A stretch of DNA of 64,000 nucleotides from Thermoplasmata archaeon (GCA_049965815.1 JBMFVV010000004.1:1858-65857), one strand, 5' to 3'; shown: positions 9,406 to 18,042, counted from the first letter of the stretch. Numbers and translations: made by a program. The notes: a model not told the origin generated them from the sequence alone.

Positions 9406-9587
9406 TTCTCTTCCATGAGGAGTAACTGGTCCGAATTTAATCCCAAGAAAGATCATGTGTTGAAGTCAGGACATCGCGGGGAGAGAGTGCCAGTCAAACA
9501 GAGACAGGTTGGAAAGAAGTATGCTATACTATCAGAATGCTTGATTCTTGAGCTGGCGAATTTGGCTAGGGAGCTGATGACCTAATA

Positions 9588-9678
9588 ATCTTACCCATTT
9601 CATGAACTTACGGAAGAAGGGATGAAATTGCGGATTCTATCGGGTCTGCAATTGAAAGTTTATTCAAATGGGTAAGAT
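9588..9678 (+). promoter_or_regulatory. 91-nt nested-helix element (candidate structured leader or ncRNA) 45 nt upstream of the APC permease start
   Basis: Perfect 13-bp outer helix (9588-9600 ATCTTACCCATTT with 9666-9678 AAATGGGTAAGAT). Inner 5-bp helix (9605-9609 with 9656-9660). 9-bp hairpin (9626-9634 AATTGCGGA with 9645-9653 TCTGCAATT, one G-U). GA dinucleotides flank the hairpin on both strands. Confidence 0.35.
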
Positions 9679-9722
9679 CTGTAGAGGGAAAACGATATTA
9701 CTTTCGCCTAAATGACTGGCTA

Positions 9723-11087
9723 GTGGAAAAGAGAGTAACTTTTTCTGGCTCTTTCATGCAGTCATTCACTTCTATAGGTCCCATGTTGGATATAGTCGCA
9801 CTGTTCTCAGCAATTGCGGTCTATTCAGGTCCATACCTGGGGATAGTAATGCTAATATCGTTCTTTTCAGCCATGACGACAGTATATGTTATCTGGAATC
9901 TTTCAAAACGTTTCCAATCTAACGGCGGATATTATCTATTTGCAGGTAAGACTCTAGGAAAGGGGTCAGGAATATTCGTTTCCATGGTCTATGCAGGATA
10001 TGCTTTACTTGTGATCCCTAATATAGCTCTATTCGCCTCATTCTTCATACTGCATCTCGTACCACTGGGCACCCAATTTTCTACCTTGCTAAGTTACCTC
10101 GTACCGCTGATATTCCTACTTTTTCTTTTTGGCATAATTTCTCAGGGGCTGGGAACGTCTATAAAGTACACTGTAGGCGCTGGAATGACAGAACTTGTTT
10201 TCGTCATTGTTCTTGACATTTTGTTCCTTAAGAATGCAACCACTTTTTCATTCCCGTTAATACCAGCCAATTTATCTGGAGTTTATTCGGTGTTCAGCGG
10301 TGTTGTTTTTGGAATTCTTGCCTTTGCCGGTATGGAGTCTCCAGTATATCTTTCTGAAAATACTAGGCAAAGTGGCTCTGTTGTCCCCAAAGCATTAGTC
10401 TATTCCTATCTAGCAACCGGGGTATTGCTCGTTATTTCAGCATTTTCTATAATGGCTTTTCTGGGACTAAACGGCTTATCAACCTATTCATCCAATCCAT
10501 TCTTTGTTGACAGTTCGGTTCATGCTGCTTTTGGAACAACCGTATACGCACTCTTTGCAATTCTGGCTGTTTTAAGCTCGATGAATCTATCTGTAGCATA
10601 TTCTAACTCAGTTCTAAACGAAATTAGAAGAATGGGTGAGGATGGGATACTGTCAAGAATCACCATACTAAAAAAGAGACCAATTCTATTCTTCGTGCTT
10701 CTTGAAACTACCGTAATAGTAGTCACAAACTTTTTCCTCGGTAATTTTCTAGGTTTCATAGTAATTGCCGCAGTTGTGTCGTTCTCTTATATGACTATAC
10801 AGCTTATGGGAGGTCTCTCCCTGCTTAAATTGACAGTAAAATCAAAGGAGAAAAAGGCTCTGATTGTTTCGTTAGTATCTTTATTGGTCATAGGAATAAC
10901 TGTTGTATTCTCTTCTATAGCGGATTTGTCACCAGGAAGTCCTACAAGGTCATCTATTATTATTTTCATTGCGATTGTCATTGCATCTGTTTTCGTTTCA
11001 TATCTGGGAAGAACTAAGTTGCGAGAATGGTACGATGGAATCCATATGTTGAATAACCTTGACGAAAAGGAAGCTGAGAGCCACTAA
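9723..11087 (+). CDS. Amino acid/polyamine/organocation (APC) superfamily permease; GTG start uncertain
   Basis: About 12 hydrophobic helices and an N-terminal block (SFTSIGPMLDIVALF...NGGYYLFAGKTLGKGSG) typical of APC transporters. Confidence 0.7.
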   Translation: MEKRVTFSGSFMQSFTSIGPMLDIVALFSAIAVYSGPYLGIVMLISFFSAMTTVYVIWNLSKRFQSNGGYYLFAGKTLGKGSGIFVSMVYAGYALLVIPNIALFASFFILHLVPLGTQFSTLLSYLVPLIFLLFLFGIISQGLGTSIKYTVGAGMTELVFVIVLDILFLKNATTFSFPLIPANLSGVYSVFSGVVFGILAFAGMESPVYLSENTRQSGSVVPKALVYSYLATGVLLVISAFSIMAFLGLNGLSTYSSNPFFVDSSVHAAFGTTVYALFAILAVLSSMNLSVAYSNSVLNEIRRMGEDGILSRITILKKRPILFFVLLETTVIVVTNFFLGNFLGFIVIAAVVSFSYMTIQLMGGLSLLKLTVKSKEKKALIVSLVSLLVIGITVVFSSIADLSPGSPTRSSIIIFIAIVIASVFVSYLGRTKLREWYDGIHMLNNLDEKEAESH

Positions 11088-11090
11088 AAA

Positions 11091-11163
11091 AGCCACCGGA
11101 GGGAATCGAGCCCCCGACCTGCTGATTACAAATCAGCTGCTCTTCCGACTGAGCTACGGTGGC
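11091..11163 (-). tRNA. tRNA-Thr (anticodon UGU)
   Basis: The reverse strand GCCACCGTAGCTCAGTCGGAAGAGCAGCTGATTTGTAATCAGCAGGTCGGGGGCTCGATTCCCTCCGGTGGCT folds as a cloverleaf: 7-bp acceptor, GCTC/GAGC D stem, anticodon loop TTTGTAA. The T loop reads CTCGATT, an unusual C at position 54. No encoded CCA. Confidence 0.8.
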
Positions 11164-11540
11164 ACTTGTAGGACTTCTTTACATCTTCCGATTATTTTAT
11201 CCTTTCCGGTAAAATTTTGAAAGGTATATATGTTTTTAACTTTCTGAGCGGTCTCCTAGAGCATTTTATATTTCGAATTTGAATCCCCGCACTTTCTAAT
11301 ATGTACACAGATTAATTTTCTCAAGAATAATTGTCTCATCAGTCGTGAATATTATAGAACATACCTGTAATAGTTTGGTATTTCCTAGACTGAATGAAAT
11401 TAGGTGTTTCAAATATTGCACATAGTCAGATGTGATAGACTTCAAAGGATTATACAGTAACACAAATTCTCATCTCCTATAGGAGACATTCTCTGCGACA
11501 AATGGTTTTAATCTGGCCTAACCGTCATTACTTCTGCCAG

Positions 11541-12143
11541 TTAGAATTTCAAGAACAGGTTACCAGTTGCTATATTTGCCATGACAAATATTATTGCGAA
11601 CTGGAAAGCTGCCTGTACTCCAGAAAGTCTGAAATTGATTAGTGCAAGTCTTGAAATCTTTTTTGGGTCAGGCTTGTCTTTCCTGAGTTCAAAGAATATT
11701 CTCAGTTCGTTTGGCAGGAATATTGCAAATCCTTGTATCACCAAAATTATAACAATGATCCCTGCCAATATAATTACTGGATATCTGATATTGAATATAC
11801 CCTCATATGCAGCAAGGTAAATGCCTGCAGTTATCGCAAGAGATGCAATTGTAGGCATGAAGAAAAGCATCATTGGCACCAGCCTCCTTATGAACTCTAT
11901 TCTTGCGCCAACTGACATTTTAATCATAACCCTTGATAGGATTAATCCCATGAACAGGTCTATACCTGTCCAGGTACCGCCAAGAAGAACATGAGTATAA
12001 TCCATAATGGTCAGATTCCTTACCCACAGCACGATAATCACCAATATAGTGGGTATGATGACTATTAGGGAGGAAGCCGGTTTCACGATTCTCTTGTCTT
12101 CTTCGGCAGATTTTTCCATCGATGTAAATTTTTTAGTGTACAT
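11541..12143 (-). CDS. Hypothetical integral membrane protein (about 5 TM helices)
   Basis: Long ORF with hydrophobic-helix periodicity, divergently oriented to the beta-helix protein gene. No motif I can name. Confidence 0.5.
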   Translation of the reverse strand: MYTKKFTSMEKSAEEDKRIVKPASSLIVIIPTILVIIVLWVRNLTIMDYTHVLLGGTWTGIDLFMGLILSRVMIKMSVGARIEFIRRLVPMMLFFMPTIASLAITAGIYLAAYEGIFNIRYPVIILAGIIVIILVIQGFAIFLPNELRIFFELRKDKPDPKKISRLALINFRLSGVQAAFQFAIIFVMANIATGNLFLKF

Positions 12144-12208
12144 TAACTCTTACTTTTACGTAAAATTCGTAAAACCATCAGTTATTTACCCGTAACTCAT
12201 AAAAAATC

Positions 12209-13321
12209 ATGAGAAAGGCAATTAAAGTGGCAACTATAGCAATTGCATTGCTTGTGGCCTCAATGGCACTCTTTGCAACAACTTCTGTAGCGAATGCACA
12301 GAGCCCCAGCTCTGGCTCAATAGGAATAGGGAATCTGACTGCCAAAGTAATAGCATACTCTGGTGAGGTGATTACGGGGCAAGTAGATGCAACAGGTTAC
12401 ACATTCGGTGTTTATATAGGTCCAGGTGTCACAGATGTGCTGATATACCATGCCCACATATACGGAGCTTCTGATCATGGAGTCATTGCTGTTGACACTT
12501 CAGGCATATCTGTGATGTACAGTAACATCAGCAACAATGTTCAGCATGCAGATCCAGCAATACCAGACAACAAGGAAGTTGGATTCTACGGAGTCTCAAA
12601 CTCATACATTGTGGGCAACAGAATAACAGGAAGCGCAGGTGACGGGGGAATCTCTGTATATAGCAGCTCTTCCCTAGTACCAACTGGCCTTCCAATACCT
12701 GACGTCAATGCGAGCGGAGACAACAACTTCATAGCAGACAACTATGTTGCTAATGATTCGCGGGGATGTGGCATTGTGGTTGCCGCCTGGGGTCCCGGCC
12801 AGACAGTTGCCAACAACTGGGTATTCAACAACGTAGTAATGGGCGATTTCCTTACTTCGCACGGACCAACAGGGTTTAGCGTTGGAACCATAGTAGTAGC
12901 GGCCGACTTCCCATTTTCGTCCGCGGTGGACAACGTTGTACTTGACAACACGGTCATCGGAGGACTTGAAGACGGAATAATAGTGAATGCGCAAGCGCCA
13001 GGAGCAGCAGACATAGGTAATGAAATAGCCGGTAACTACGTAAAGCTAGGAGCATTCCAAAGACTGAACAATCCACCGTTCGACAATGCATCTGATCTCA
13101 ATCTTGCCCCAGCTCCAAATGGCATTGCGATATATGCAAACCTCATTCCGCAAACTGAGAAGCCTGCGCCTCCGATTGCACAGGGAAATACGGTGATTGA
13201 CAACACTATAGTAGACGAAGCAATTGGTATCTGGGTAGCAAATGCAAACAATGGAGCCTACATAGGCAACATTTTCCAGAACGTCTCAGTAAACTTTCAA
13301 TCATTCAGCGGTGTCGGGTAA
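12209..13321 (+). CDS. Secreted right-handed parallel beta-helix repeat protein (NosD/pectate-lyase-like fold)
   Basis: Signal peptide MRKAIKVATIAIALLVASMALFATTSVANA. Repeated about 22-residue units rich in G/N/V/I (NxVxxNxIxG-type) typical of PbH1 repeats. Confidence 0.6.
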   Translation: MRKAIKVATIAIALLVASMALFATTSVANAQSPSSGSIGIGNLTAKVIAYSGEVITGQVDATGYTFGVYIGPGVTDVLIYHAHIYGASDHGVIAVDTSGISVMYSNISNNVQHADPAIPDNKEVGFYGVSNSYIVGNRITGSAGDGGISVYSSSSLVPTGLPIPDVNASGDNNFIADNYVANDSRGCGIVVAAWGPGQTVANNWVFNNVVMGDFLTSHGPTGFSVGTIVVAADFPFSSAVDNVVLDNTVIGGLEDGIIVNAQAPGAADIGNEIAGNYVKLGAFQRLNNPPFDNASDLNLAPAPNGIAIYANLIPQTEKPAPPIAQGNTVIDNTIVDEAIGIWVANANNGAYIGNIFQNVSVNFQSFSGVG

Positions 13322-13372
13322 TCTTCCAAATTATCTCCTTTTTACTACTATCTTATTTTCTTTTTCTATTCT

Positions 13373-13378
13373 TTCTAA
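13373..13378. repeat. Left 6-bp target-site duplication (TTCTAA) of the IS1634-like element
   Basis: TTCTAA immediately precedes the left terminal inverted repeat, and an identical hexamer follows the right one at 15012-15017. Confidence 0.7.
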
Positions 13379-15011
13379 CCTGACTTCGCCCTTTAGTACT
13401 ACTACACTTTTCTCGTGACAAAGTATTTTACCAATCCTGGTACCAAAAAGTTTTATATGGATTGTAGTGGTATTTGTACTACATGACCTATATCAGAAGA
13501 CAGGTCAAGAATGGTCATACCTACCTGAGCAGGGTGCGTTCGTACAGGGACAGGGAGACCGGGAAGGTGAAGCAGGAGGTGACCTATATAGGGAAGGAGG
13601 TAGGGAAGGATGGTAAGAAGACGCTCATACCGCCTGTGGACCGCAGAACGGTGCGGCGTGTTCTTGATTCCGCGGGATACATCATGTACCTCCAGGCTCT
13701 GGATAACGGATTCCTTGCCAATTACGAGGACGCTCTCCTGGGAATAACGAACATCAGGGATGCAGCAAAGAAGATACTTATGCTTGCAGCGGAAACTATT
13801 GCAGGACCGGATCATTCAATCCACCTGCATGCAGGCATTCCGGAGCTGAAGGAGAAGGAGATCAGGGACGTGGTTGAGCTGGTCGGAATGAAGGACCCTG
13901 ACATTGCATCCATACTGGAGAGATCAATGGCAGCTGACCTTGTAAGGGAATTCGGATCATCCGGGATAGTCTATGACCTGAGTGCAATAAGGTACTATGG
14001 ATCAAGCAATGACCTAGCAAGGTACGGCCACTATTACCATATGAATGGAGAGAACAGGGAGATAAACTTCGTTCTGGCTGTAACAAGGAGGCATGGCATC
14101 CCCATACACTTCAGGACCATAGCGGGCAACGTACCATCAGTATCCACCATCCATACATTCTCCGGCGAACTTAAGGACTACGGAATACTCACCACAATCA
14201 TAGTCATCGACAGAGGGTTCTACAGCGCGGATAATCTCGATGATCTCAGGGATTACAGTGTCATTGGCGCTCTCCCTTCTTCGCTCTCCGTCCATGATGA
14301 ACTGATACACAGATCGAGGGACATTGAGAACTCCCGCAACTACATACAGTACCATGGCGAGACCATATTCCACAGGGAGGAGGGGATGAGGGGAAGGAGA
14401 TACATCGTCTATTTCTCCCCTCGTCTAAGATCACAGAGACTGGAATCGTTCTATTCACAGCTTGCGGAGAAGGAAACATTCCTCAACGACATGATGATGA
14501 AGGGATTCCGCTCTAAGAGTGAAATGATAGGAACAGTAGAATCTGGACTGAAGGGATTCAGGAATCTTGTTGATATTAAGTATTCAGAACTGACGTTCAC
14601 ATATTCCCTGAAGCACAATGCAATCCAGCGCAGGACGAACACCTTTGGTTACACAATACTGTTCACCAACACGCAGTTCCCCGCCAGTGAGATACTGAAG
14701 ATATACAGGGAGAAGGATATAGTGGAGAAAGCGTTCTCACACATCAAGCCTAACCTGGAACCGTTCTTCTCAAGAACTGAGGAGGGAACAAGGGCGAAAC
14801 TGTTCCTGACAATACTTGGCTACACGATGATAGCAATCATGGCAGCAAAGTGCAACACCACATACAATCAGGTGCTGGAGACGATATCAGGCATCAGGGA
14901 AGTTGTTTATGTCAATGGCTCCCATGCGCATGTGGAATACAATAAGGAGGAGAGAGAGTTGATGGAAAAGCTGAAAATTGAGTTGTAGTACTAAAAAAGG
15001 GCGAAGATAGG
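13379..15011 (+). mobile_element. IS1634-like (IS4-superfamily) insertion sequence, 1633 bp, single transposase ORF
   Basis: Imperfect terminal inverted repeats: left CCTGACTTCGCCCTTTAGTACTAC (13379-13402); right end reverse-complemented CCTATCTTCGCCCTTTTTTAGTACTAC (14985-15011). Flanked by direct TTCTAA. The transposase stop lies inside the right repeat. Confidence 0.8.
13474..14988 (+). CDS. DDE transposase, IS1634/IS4-like
   Basis: N-terminal YIRRQVKNGHTYLSRVRSYRDRETGKVKQEV block typical of IS1634-group transposases. About 500 aa. Bounded by terminal inverted repeats. Confidence 0.8.
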   Translation: MYYMTYIRRQVKNGHTYLSRVRSYRDRETGKVKQEVTYIGKEVGKDGKKTLIPPVDRRTVRRVLDSAGYIMYLQALDNGFLANYEDALLGITNIRDAAKKILMLAAETIAGPDHSIHLHAGIPELKEKEIRDVVELVGMKDPDIASILERSMAADLVREFGSSGIVYDLSAIRYYGSSNDLARYGHYYHMNGENREINFVLAVTRRHGIPIHFRTIAGNVPSVSTIHTFSGELKDYGILTTIIVIDRGFYSADNLDDLRDYSVIGALPSSLSVHDELIHRSRDIENSRNYIQYHGETIFHREEGMRGRRYIVYFSPRLRSQRLESFYSQLAEKETFLNDMMMKGFRSKSEMIGTVESGLKGFRNLVDIKYSELTFTYSLKHNAIQRRTNTFGYTILFTNTQFPASEILKIYREKDIVEKAFSHIKPNLEPFFSRTEEGTRAKLFLTILGYTMIAIMAAKCNTTYNQVLETISGIREVVYVNGSHAHVEYNKEERELMEKLKIEL

Positions 15012-15017
15012 TTCTAA
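15012..15017. repeat. Right 6-bp target-site duplication (TTCTAA) of the IS1634-like element
   Basis: Direct copy of 13373-13378, immediately after the right terminal inverted repeat. Confidence 0.7.
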
Positions 15018-15456
15018 GAAGACGTCGAGTTTCCGTCAATTCTTGTGCACCAACAAAGAGAGTTAGAATAATTTATGTTACTACAACCCTTCTGGCAAAA
15101 TAGGGATAATTCGCATTTTTATGAATTAGACATATTACAAAAATGAAATAATGAAGTATGCAGAATGTTCACTTTCGCACACCTAAATGGATATCCTACT
15201 CTTCTTCATTATGTCTTCAAGTAGAAATTTGAAAATCTTCACCGTTGATACTCAGTTTCCTTTTTAAGAGAAATACAGGAGTGATAAGCGTTGGGATACC
15301 TATTCGCTTATTCATCACTGTTCCAAAGAAGCGTCTGACAATGAACTGAAATAACCTCAACTGATTCGACTTCCAATTCTCAGTGGAATAAATGCCAACG
15401 GATGCATTAGTTTACTATGAATATAGATGACTCGTTGATAGCCTATAGTAAAGGAG

Positions 15457-15541
15457 CGCCGGGGGGGAGATTTGAACTCCCGAGCTCTCACGAGCAATAG
15501 ATCTCGAATCTATCGCCTTGGCCGGACTAGGCTACCCCGGC
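15457..15541 (-). tRNA. tRNA-Ser (anticodon CGA), class II with a long variable arm
   Basis: The reverse strand GCCGGGGTAGCCTAGTCCGGCCAAGGCGATAGATTCGAGATCTATTGCTCGTGAGAGCTCGGGAGTTCAAATCTCCCCCCCGGCG has acceptor GCCGGGG/CCCCGGC, anticodon loop TTCGAGA, variable arm GCTC-GTGA-GAGC, and T arm GGGAG-TTCAAAT-CTCCC. Confidence 0.85.
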
Positions 15542-15686
15542 AGAGAATGATCACTGGAAAAAGACTCTGAGAATTTAACCATTTGTGAGATTCTTGTGAA
15601 TTCACCTTCGCCCAAACATACTATCCCGGATTGATAGGCTGCATAGAATCAATAGTTTAATTAGCGAAAGCTGATTAAAGAAATAA

Positions 15687-16238
15687 ATGGTCAAACTAGA
15701 AAAGGACGCTGTTCTGGTCGTGATAGATGTTCAGAAGGCCTGGACAAATCCAAATTTTGGAAAAAGGAACAACCCAAATGCAGAGAAAGTGATAGCTAAA
15801 CTGATTGATGAGTTCAGGAGAACGGGAAGAATGGTTATTCATGTCCGGCACGATTCTATGAACCCAAATTCTATTTTCAAAGAGGGGAAAGAGACGTTCG
15901 AATTCAAGGATGAGGTTAAACCTATGAAGGATGAATTGGTAATTACAAAGCACACCAATAGCGCGTTCATAGGCACTGGTTTGGAGAATACTCTTCGAAA
16001 GATGGAGAACCCACAGGTTTTCTACGCAGGGCTAGTGACAGATCACTGTGTAAGTGCCACTGCAAGGATGTCAGGAAACCTGGGATTTAGAAGCTACGTG
16101 ATAGAGGACGCTTGTGCCACCTTTGAAAGAAAGGATTTCAACGGTGCTACCATACCCCCGGAAGATGTGCACAGGGTGGATCTCGCATCTATAGACGGGG
16201 AGTTCGCAGATGTAATTAAGTCGAGTGAACTGCATTAG
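15687..16238 (+). CDS. Isochorismatase-family cysteine hydrolase (second paralogue in the window)
   Basis: VLVVIDVQKAW..., HVRH, and GLVTDHCVSATARM with the catalytic Cys context. Confidence 0.75.
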   Translation: MVKLEKDAVLVVIDVQKAWTNPNFGKRNNPNAEKVIAKLIDEFRRTGRMVIHVRHDSMNPNSIFKEGKETFEFKDEVKPMKDELVITKHTNSAFIGTGLENTLRKMENPQVFYAGLVTDHCVSATARMSGNLGFRSYVIEDACATFERKDFNGATIPPEDVHRVDLASIDGEFADVIKSSELH

Positions 16239-16329
16239 GTCCTTTTTATTTATACAAGGAAGTACATTTTATCTCCGTTTGCAGTTGTTGTATGTGATAA
16301 AAATTGTTAGAGTCAATTGAATTATTGGA

Positions 16330-16401
16330 TGGACTGGCGGGGATTTGAACCCCGGGCCTCCTGCTTGCAAAGCAGGCGATCTTCCGCTGATCTACCAGCC
16401 C
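16330..16401 (-). tRNA. tRNA-Ala (anticodon UGC)
   Basis: The reverse strand GGGCTGGTAGATCAGCGGAAGATCGCCTGCTTTGCAAGCAGGAGGCCCGGGGTTCAAATCCCCGCCAGTCCA has the G3:U70 alanine identity pair, anticodon loop TTTGCAA, and T loop TTCAAAT. Confidence 0.9.
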
Positions 16402-16408
16402 CCATTAC

Positions 16409-17143
16409 CTATTGCTTTACCCTCATCTTCTTTTCTTTTGAAAACTTTATTTCCTTCAGGGTTTCTTCGTCTATTTGGCCATCGTATTCTTCTGGTTCCT
16501 GCATACTTTCAGGAGGTACGAACTTGCATATGAATACTTCCTGTCCGGCGTGATATATGTTCTCCCCGCCCTCAGTTATAGCTTCGCTCTTTATGGGTAT
16601 CACAAGTGGGGTATCGAAATGATACAGTCCGGCAATGTACGCTTTCTCTTTGGAACTAGAAAGGTGTATCCATCGCCTGTCTGAGGGGAGAATGCCGTTT
16701 TCCCTCAGAATTTCGAATTCTTCCTTATTTGTCGGATAGTAAAGAATTTCCGGTATTCCGTCTGTTGGTAGGTCAGTCAGATCAACGTCAATAGAGTGCC
16801 CATAAGTGGCTCTCAGATACCTTTTGTTGTCGCTAAGCTGATATCTTCCCTTCTGATCTGTCAGCACTATAGCGAATATATGTGATGGCCCAACAAAATG
16901 AAACCTCCTATAGTAGAATCTTATCTCCTGGACCATCTCGTCAATATTAACATATCCTCTGTCAGAAATTTCGAGATGATACTTTTCTGGTTTGTGCCTC
17001 AGGATTCCAGTTATAATCCTTCCTAACATGTCCACTTCTTCATCTGAAAGAACGAATTTACCCTCTTCTCCGCAGGAAGGGCAGTCATGACCCCTGTAGT
17101 AGCCATGAACCATGCATTTACGAATTTCATCAGTGGGCACCAA
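16409..17143 (-). CDS. kptA: RNA 2'-phosphotransferase (Tpt1/KptA family) with an N-terminal zinc ribbon
   Basis: LGRIITGILRHKPEKYHLEISDRGYV, RYLRATYGHS and WIHLS blocks of the Tpt1 family. N-terminal CMVHG...CPSCG. The stop codon lies 8 nt upstream of the tRNA-Ala 5' end. Confidence 0.8.
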   Translation of the reverse strand: MVPTDEIRKCMVHGYYRGHDCPSCGEEGKFVLSDEEVDMLGRIITGILRHKPEKYHLEISDRGYVNIDEMVQEIRFYYRRFHFVGPSHIFAIVLTDQKGRYQLSDNKRYLRATYGHSIDVDLTDLPTDGIPEILYYPTNKEEFEILRENGILPSDRRWIHLSSSKEKAYIAGLYHFDTPLVIPIKSEAITEGGENIYHAGQEVFICKFVPPESMQEPEEYDGQIDEETLKEIKFSKEKKMRVKQ

Positions 17144-17283
17144 AGCAAATTATGAAAGGAGTAATAACATTTTTGTAGAGATATATGAAGGTGCTGGTGA
17201 ATTTCCCATTTAACATATCGGTTATTATTGATCCGATTCAAATAACAAGAGATATATAAAATATATGAATTTGAGACCCGTCT

Positions 17284-18015
17284 ATGGACGAGTACAACTT
17301 GGTCCTCCTTATAGTGATTCCGTTCCTGTTTTTACTGGGATTGAGGATCAAGGCATTTAGTCGAGAAGGTGCGATTGCTGCTGGAGTTATAGGGTCATTG
17401 ATCATTATTGGTGGAGGCTGGCTGTATTTTGTAATGCTCTTCCTGTTCCTCGGACTATCTTACATTTCTACCCTAGCAGGATTCGAAAAGAAGAGAAACT
17501 GGAGCCTTCAGGAAGGCATAAAGGGTGAAAGAGGGGCAAGGAATGTAATCGCTGCAGGAGCTCTTCCTGCGGCAATTTCACTGTTGAGTTTCTGGAACAT
17601 AAGCCCTAAATTGATATTTTTCCTATATCTGGTTGCCCTGGGGACAATACTATCCGACACTGCCGCTTCAGAAATAGGTTCTCTGGACGAGAACACGTAC
17701 ATGATTTTAACATTGAAACCCGCAGAAACCGGTATAAATGGTGGTATTTCGATACTTGGTACCACAGTATCATTCGTGTTTCCAGTCTTTTTTTCAGTAC
17801 TGGGGTACGTCATATATGGCGTCCTGATATCCATTCCCTTGGTTTATTTACTGGGCATTGCATTGCTGTCATCCGTTCTGGCATTCATAGGATGCCTTTT
17901 TGATTCGGTACTTGGTGAGACCCTAGAAAATAGGGGGTATCTTACAAAATACTCTGTAAACTTCTTTTCTGCACTGTTTGCAACTATCGTCGGTATCTTG
18001 GTATTTATCAGATAA
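17284..18015 (+). CDS. DUF92/TMEM19-like integral membrane protein
   Basis: Polytopic membrane ORF with a KGERGARNVIAAG block that I associate with DUF92. Confidence 0.5.
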   Translation: MDEYNLVLLIVIPFLFLLGLRIKAFSREGAIAAGVIGSLIIIGGGWLYFVMLFLFLGLSYISTLAGFEKKRNWSLQEGIKGERGARNVIAAGALPAAISLLSFWNISPKLIFFLYLVALGTILSDTAASEIGSLDENTYMILTLKPAETGINGGISILGTTVSFVFPVFFSVLGYVIYGVLISIPLVYLLGIALLSSVLAFIGCLFDSVLGETLENRGYLTKYSVNFFSALFATIVGILVFIR

Positions 18016-18042
18016 ATTTATTTTATCAAGAATACATCTCAG

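Noticed and set aside
9325-9585. An 86-aa plus-strand ORF.
   Set aside because: It overlaps the clearly recognisable L40e gene on the other strand, and the remainder has no coding features or motif.
11268-11295. The sequence TTGAATCCCCGC, resembling the 3' T-arm of tRNA-Ala; a possible att-site remnant of an integrated element.
   Set aside because: Only about 9 nt match the tRNA-Ala 3' half, there is no matching T-stem 5' strand, and a match of that length is expected by chance at roughly this window size.
13453-13815. A 120-aa ORF antisense to the 5' end of the IS1634-like transposase, and the similar 13862-14479 set.
   Set aside because: They lie opposite a transposase gene with strong family features, and their composition (H/R/L/P-rich) is typical of antisense frames.
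15600-15625. CTTCGCCC followed by partial similarity to the IS1634-like terminal repeat; a possible solo inverted repeat.
   Set aside because: Only the 8-mer is exact and the continuation matches poorly (about 5 of 12). An 8-mer recurrence is expected by chance.
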